NCBI GenBank assembly: GCA_951406725.2
Contig: OX597817.1
Coordinates: forward strand, 113,646,001 to 113,710,000
Reading direction: 5' to 3'
Length of the DNA: 64,000 bases
From: Octopus vulgaris
Taxonomy: Eukaryota
Shown: in pieces, positions 61,901 through 64,000 of the stretch
How the letters are laid out: the number at the start of each line of letters is the position of its first letter
Numbering within the stretch: the first letter of the stretch is position 1
The notes under the pieces: generated by a model
The model's database searches: none
The model's input: the letters and a program-made list of their open reading frames with translations, nothing else
Told to the model about the DNA's origin: nothing
Made by a program: the position numbers and the translations under genes

Positions 61901-63854
61901 TGTAAGCGGTTTGCTGAGTACGTGGGGATACCCTTTTTTTAACCAAGAATAGACAGTAATGGTCAGTGATCCGTTTGCAGTGTAAACTTCTGCCCATGTA
62001 AGAATTTATGGAATTTTTTTACTGCGAAGATTAATGATAACGCCTCTTTTTCAATCTGGCTTTAGTTTATTTCCCCTGGTAATAGAACTCTTGATGCATG
62101 TGCAATAGCTTTGATTTTACCATCATTAAATTTATGCAGTATCACAGCTCCTATTCCATATTCACTGGCATCCAATGCCGCAATTATTTTCAGGTTTGGG
62201 TTGAAATGGGTTAATGATAACTCTGATGTTAACTGCTTTTTTATTTCCTCAAAGGCTTTCTGACATTCATTTGTCCAATCCCATTTCTGAAATTTGCTGA
62301 CATTACACCAGATGTGCCCCTCCCTTTTTTTATTTATTTTTTTTTTTTGTTTATTTCACTGTTCACTTCCTGTGCATATTCTATGCAAGGTTCATGCAGT
62401 TTTGCTTTCTTTCTCTGATGAGTTGTAGTGCACCTGAGTACTGGATACAATAAGTTCATCATCATTTAACATCCATTGTCCATGCCTTTAACAACCTGTC
62501 CAACTCATGCCAGCTTGGATAATGAACATTTGCTATTTTGGCATAAGTTGGACAAGTTTGCTGTAGAACAGTCTTTCATGTGAAAATGAAATTTCTCAGA
62601 TCTGTTCTGTGAGTTTCTTACTGGGCCTTTTGTTTGTGTTTGGTAGGATTGCCTGGTCATATTTGAGGCCATTTTTACTGTATATATCACAAGAACATTT
62701 TGTTTAGGTTTTTAACAAAGATCATAAAAACCATGTCAAAACTGATCTTGCCTGTGCTGGTGCCACATAAAAAGCACTCAGCCCACTCTGCAGAGTGGTT
62801 GGTGTTAAGAAGGTTGGTGTTAAGATGTAAAAAACCCATGCCAAAATAGACACAGAAGTATGGTGCAGGCTTCTGCCTGGGTGGCTCCTGTCATACCATC
62901 CAACCCATGCCAGCATGGAAGGAGGACATTATACAATGATGATGATGATGAATGTAGAAAAGATAAAGACACATGAAGATGAGTGGCTTAGTAGATAGGG
63001 TGTTGAGCTTATGATCATAAGTTTGTGTGTGGCATGTTGTGTCTTTGAGCAAGGCACTTTATTTCATATTGTTGCAACTGTCTCATCTTGGATGTTCTGT
63101 TAGGTTAGGGGTAGGAAGGCCAAGAGAGTGTCTAGGTCATGTGTATCTGAAACCTGAAGCAATTTGCATAAAACGTGTGCTACAAGGTTGTAATCACTTT
63201 TGAGTAAAGGCTGTGTTTTCTTTTTACAGAATACTGAAACAAAACATCTTTAATGCACCAGTAATATATGACTTTATGGAACTAGATTTAGCCTGTTTGA
63301 CACCATTTCATTCAAGACCATCCTTGGTTCTATAGTTCCCTGTTTTAAAGTGATCTAAATTAAAAGCTTCCATTAAAATATGTTAATTTATGTTCTAAAC
63401 ATCAGCTTAACAACAAAGTTACTTTACTAAATTCAATATTTTCAAAATTTAATTGAAATAAAGGTAACATGTCTCAATAGAAACATGGTAACAAAAGGTT
63501 TAACCAGTTTTTCATGCTAAAGAGTTAAACTGTTATCAAGAATAAATAGAAAATTTCATGGAAAATCCCCATAAATAGTATTTAGTTGTTACTGGTTGTA
63601 TTTTGATTTTATCTTTTATTTTTTTTTCTTCTTTACAGCAAAAAAGAGAAATGTTAGCAAAAGAACTTCCAAACGAACCTTCTGAAGAATGTAAAGATGG
63701 TATTACCCAAATTCGCTTTCATCTGCCAAGTGGTGACTTCATCACCCGGAGATTTCGTGGACATGAACCCTTAAGATATTTATTCTATTTTCTCACATTA
63801 AAAGGTTATCCAAACGACGATTTCAAGGTGTTGTCAAGATTTCCACCACAAGAT
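19364..63854 (+). CDS. FAF1: FAS-associated factor 1 (UBX-domain p97/VCP adaptor), spliced gene, 15 coding exons in window, 3' end outside window
   Basis: Exons 19364-19405, 37273-37341, 41559-41901, 44653-44747, 45115-45230, 46716-46770, 50294-50429, 51871-51934, 53289-53370, 55131-55285, 56334-56470, 58256-58344, 59489-59569, 60056-60154 and 63639-63854 all have GT-AG boundaries and join in one open frame (593 codons). The domain order UBA-like, UBL, acidic linker, UAS, coiled coil, UBX and motifs such as FGECHPEFYIGSL, LAVYLHDDKSILTNVFCS, WAWDMT and QDEAYAASLVADR match vertebrate FAF1 as I recall it. Confidence 0.93.
21170..21350 (+). mobile_element. Interspersed repeat family C (tagaaatagcagccaaatct...aaatcacaccct)
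   Basis: Related copies near 2710, 23520, 32190, 36015 and 49980, and inverted near 3200, 22320 and 51290. Confidence 0.55.
22790..23055 (+). mobile_element. RTE LINE 3' end
   Basis: tttgctgtgcttgagaagacacgtcaagc...cccatgccagcatggaaaacagatgttaaat. Confidence 0.7.
25630..26085 (-). mobile_element. RTE LINE RT fragment
   Basis: ORF 25765-26208 contains RVSHTVVSWLLRKLSVNKWFVRAMQAM...PFLFIIVLQAITEDFKSDCPWEILNTDDLV. Confidence 0.8.
28960..30020 (-). mobile_element. 5' part of an L1/Tx1-like element (5' UTR plus degenerate ORF1)
   Basis: ORF 29311-29556 MAKKTNNTVLEWEFV...; continues past stops as LFLPTYGGKKLTRAWVCGLPPGIEHE, an ORF1-like V.GLPP motif; homologous to 16123-16220. Confidence 0.65.
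31339..31799. mobile_element. ~460-bp MITE (Tc1/mariner-like ends), copy 1
   Basis: Full-length similarity to 43037-43496; internal inverted repeats caaactttgctttt / aaaagcaaagtttg. Confidence 0.7.
34060..34340 (+). mobile_element. tRNA-derived SINE family D
   Basis: Head gaaggcatgtagcctaatg...; core gtgttcttgagcaaaacact; relatives near 48480-48650 (minus strand) and 62980-63220. Confidence 0.5.
36688..37197. repeat. Long inverted repeat (~150-bp arms), MITE/foldback-like
   Basis: attacatggaaaa..gagcatgaaaagtcatattcttaagattataaacatg...aggacaag pairs with cttgtcct...catgtttataatcttaagaatatgacttttcatgctc..ttttccatgtaat. Confidence 0.85.
37273..37341 (+). CDS. FAF1: FAF1 exon 2, UBA-like (EITRIEDIQICIDTLEQHSWNLD)
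   Basis: ttttgcag acceptor, gtatgt donor, 69 nt, phase 0-0; matches the FAF1 pattern ACTGIENIDEAITLLEQNNWDL. Confidence 0.9.
37729..38784 (-). mobile_element. Non-autonomous piggyBac transposon with transposase N-terminal remnant
   Basis: TTAA at 37729-37732 and 38781-38784; terminal repeats ctctttcgttact / ggtaacgaaaggg; ORF 38147-38407 contains ALDYFFLLFRMSLFEIITAETNRYA, the piggyBac transposase N-terminal motif. Confidence 0.85.
39971..40193. mobile_element. TTAA-flanked piggyBac-type MITE (ttaaccctttagcatt...aatgctaaagggttaa family)
   Basis: Imperfect terminal repeats with TTAA; other copies at 51948-52135, 54476-55064 (interrupted by an RTE tail) and about 50785-51270 (interrupted by CR1). 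Confidence 0.7.
41559..41901 (+). CDS. FAF1: FAF1 exon 3 (EAVQSAIP..., Ser/Thr-rich linker, start of UBL QLKFIVEHK...TKTV)
   Basis: Poly-T tract plus atgcag acceptor, G|gtaggt donor, 343 nt phase 0-1; ORF track 41553-41909. Confidence 0.88.
41950..42108. repeat. Short inverted-repeat element
   Basis: Perfect 18-bp arms ttacaaaagcattgcatt / aatgcaatgcttttgtaa that extend imperfectly inward. Confidence 0.75.
43037..43496. mobile_element. ~460-bp MITE (Tc1/mariner-like ends), copy 2
   Basis: Terminal repeats cactgtgtaa ... ttacacagtg followed by ta. Confidence 0.75.
43820..44013 (-). mobile_element. ~194-bp inserted element with 8-bp TSD and a hammerhead-like fold
   Basis: TSD gttttatt at 43812-43819 and 44014-44021; ends gagatg / catctc are complementary; CpG-rich relative to the surrounding intron. 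Confidence 0.65.
44653..44747 (+). CDS. FAF1: FAF1 exon 4, UBL (GFLKKELSRRLSIPVNYLQLKGWPSCSKITDS)
   Basis: tttcccag acceptor, gttagt donor; IPV...LKGW motif of the FAF1 UBL. Confidence 0.9.
45115..45230 (+). CDS. FAF1: FAF1 exon 5 (CILNELNLPQETKLKVHNTQNK...)
   Basis: tttgcag acceptor, AG|gtgagt donor, phase 0-2; completes the UBL (L..L.LP). Confidence 0.87.
45612..45850 (-). mobile_element. RTE 3'-end repeat
   Basis: Close similarity to 17708-17900. Other copies at about 41120, 46152 and 48925 (minus) and 52735, 54055, 54535, 57665 and 62740 (plus). Confidence 0.8.
46716..46770 (+). CDS. FAF1: FAF1 exon 6 (SKTTSTSFGVSDNSNSQK)
   Basis: tttttcag acceptor, AAG|gtatga donor, phase 2-0; bridges the phases of exons 5 and 7. 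Low complexity, so there is no motif support. Confidence 0.7.
47086..48360 (-). mobile_element. Degenerate RTE LINE 3' region hosting a SINE and an inverted duplication
   Basis: Reverse complement is similar to 12500-13200 (ctcaaagtaaaccttgaaaagactgg; aaactcaggaaaatattacctttgatagtaacaaaggg). Confidence 0.6.
47659..47977 (-). mobile_element. Intact tRNA-derived SINE with poly(A) tail and 11-bp TSD
   Basis: Minus strand has A-box TGGCCTAGTGG, B-box GGTTTCGATTCC and an A-tail; TSD acttccaggtt at 47648-47658 and 47978-47988. Confidence 0.88.
50294..50429 (+). CDS. FAF1: FAF1 exon 7, Asp-rich linker (DKGMEIDDNDDDD...PKFGPL)
   Basis: ttgcag acceptor, gtaagt donor, phase 0-1; acidic tract just before UAS as in FAF1. 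Confidence 0.87.
50468..50692 (+). mobile_element. SINE family B
   Basis: aagggcaatgagctggcagaatcgttagcatg...gggttcaa...aaataagtaccagtt. Confidence 0.7.
50817..51113 (+). mobile_element. CR1-clade LINE 3' end with (ATT)n tail
   Basis: FRKHFFTLRVAEAWNKLPASVVSCWSTASFK* matches the CR1 FF..RV...WN.LP motif; the tail gtggtgcacctgagcactgtatacaataatttcattattatt also occurs near 33046 and 62425. Confidence 0.8.
51871..51934 (+). CDS. FAF1: FAF1 exon 8 (MPEDFTDETVALEQFTRGFIDR)
   Basis: tttcttag acceptor, gtaaga donor; matches FAF1 MPENAENEGDALLQFTAEFSSR. Confidence 0.92.
53289..53370 (+). CDS. FAF1: FAF1 exon 9, UAS (FGECHPEFYIGSLDDAIKDSLMLKAKE)
   Basis: tttcag acceptor, gtgaga donor; UAS motif G.CHP.F.IGSL. 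Confidence 0.93.
55131..55285 (+). CDS. FAF1: FAF1 exon 10, UAS (RKPLAVYLHDDKSILTNVFCSKVLC...WAWDMTNDKNKKR)
   Basis: cttccag acceptor, gtaatt donor; strongly conserved UAS core. Confidence 0.95.
55638..56078 (+). mobile_element. Two tandem SINE family B copies
   Basis: Repeated ctggcagaa..gttagc...ttct.a.tca.attctgccaagat...aagtacca...agtagaaaggatta. Confidence 0.7.
56334..56470 (+). CDS. FAF1: FAF1 exon 11, UAS (LLSNATKHFGSVAAMQIK...NEVSTVIQG)
   Basis: atgcag acceptor, G|gtcagt donor; HFGSV and NEV..VIQG motifs; ORF track 56305-56556. Confidence 0.93.
57040..57660 (-). mobile_element. Penelope-like element RT fragment
   Basis: RLICPKFDIG...LWSDTQEVVGWF, FLQLNIESYYATI, FDIAMGSYDSAQVTNLVGIFIL and LYRDDALFF are Penelope RT motifs. 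Confidence 0.85.
58256..58344 (+). CDS. FAF1: FAF1 exon 12 (STNLDELMSNLISAFELFQDQQRKDMVEE)
   Basis: tttctag acceptor, gtatag donor; matches FAF1 NTTVDELMMRLMAAMEIF. Confidence 0.92.
59489..59569 (+). CDS. FAF1: FAF1 exon 13, coiled coil (DKREIRESIKQQQDEAYAASLVADRLK)
   Basis: ttccacag acceptor, gtttgt donor; QDEAY..SL.ADR.K motif. Confidence 0.93.
60056..60154 (+). CDS. FAF1: FAF1 exon 14, charged coiled coil (EERRQRDMEIEREAQEKK...KSKA)
   Basis: atcag acceptor, gtaagc donor, 99 nt phase 0-0, E/K/R-rich. Confidence 0.88.
60230..60447 (-). repeat. Gypsy 3' LTR (218 bp)
   Basis: TGTT...AACA termini; polypurine tract aaaagggggagg immediately upstream on the minus strand (60448-60459); CCAAT and TATAAATA on the minus strand at 60395-60410. 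Confidence 0.8.
60230..62290 (-). mobile_element. Ty3/Gypsy LTR retrotransposon, 5'-truncated and pseudogenised (RNase H, integrase, PPT, 3' LTR)
   Basis: RNase H LDASEYGIGAVILH and SQIEKEALSLIFAVKKFHKF; integrase zinc finger (MKSLMRSYVYWP, CKGC) and DDE core (HVDFAGP, IVSDNGTQF, YHPRSNGLAER); several stops and frameshifts. Confidence 0.92.
63639..63854 (+). CDS. FAF1: FAF1 exon 15, UBX domain (ELPNEP...IRFHLPSGDFITRRF...KGYP..FKVLSRFPPQD)
   Basis: Long polypyrimidine tract with tttacag acceptor, gtgagt donor; UBX motifs LP.EP, LPSG, RRF and FP. Confidence 0.93.
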
Positions 63855-64000
63855 GTGAGTTGACCTTTTTTTTTTTTCTTCTTTACTGTATTCTACTTTA
63901 TTGATGTATGGGACTTAGCATCCATTTGGAAATGGTAGGCTTAAAAATACTACAGCAATAAATGTGAAAAAGCCGAGTCATCTATTCTCCACTTCTTAAA

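Overview
AT-rich, repeat-dense animal genomic DNA. The repeat families and (TATG)n/(CAT)n microsatellites look like an octopus-type (coleoid cephalopod) genome, which is my inference and is not verified. The main feature is a + strand multi-exon FAF1 gene (FAS-associated factor 1, a UBA-UBL-UAS-coiled coil-UBX p97 adaptor). I traced 15 phase-consistent GT-AG coding exons from ATG 19364 to 63854 (1779 nt, 593 codons); the last exon lies beyond the window. The rest is decayed mobile DNA: RTE, CR1, L1/Tx1-like and RLE-type LINE fragments, Penelope-like RT fragments, a truncated Gypsy element with one LTR, a non-autonomous piggyBac, MITEs, tRNA-derived SINEs and microsatellites. The most interesting observations are: (1) two copies of an L1/Tx1-like family joined to the same 15-nt site in a tRNA-SINE head, suggesting SINE-targeted insertion; (2) a ~194-bp element with an 8-bp TSD carrying a variant minimal hammerhead fold; (3) FAF1 codons one A-to-G change away from conserved residues, one of them next to a long intronic hairpin, as candidate ADAR recoding sites; (4) a degenerate UBX R...FPR motif and no visible second UBL domain; (5) a possible small divergent gene sharing the FAF1 promoter. 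Exon boundaries were counted base by base; repeat boundaries are approximate unless a TSD or terminal repeat is quoted.
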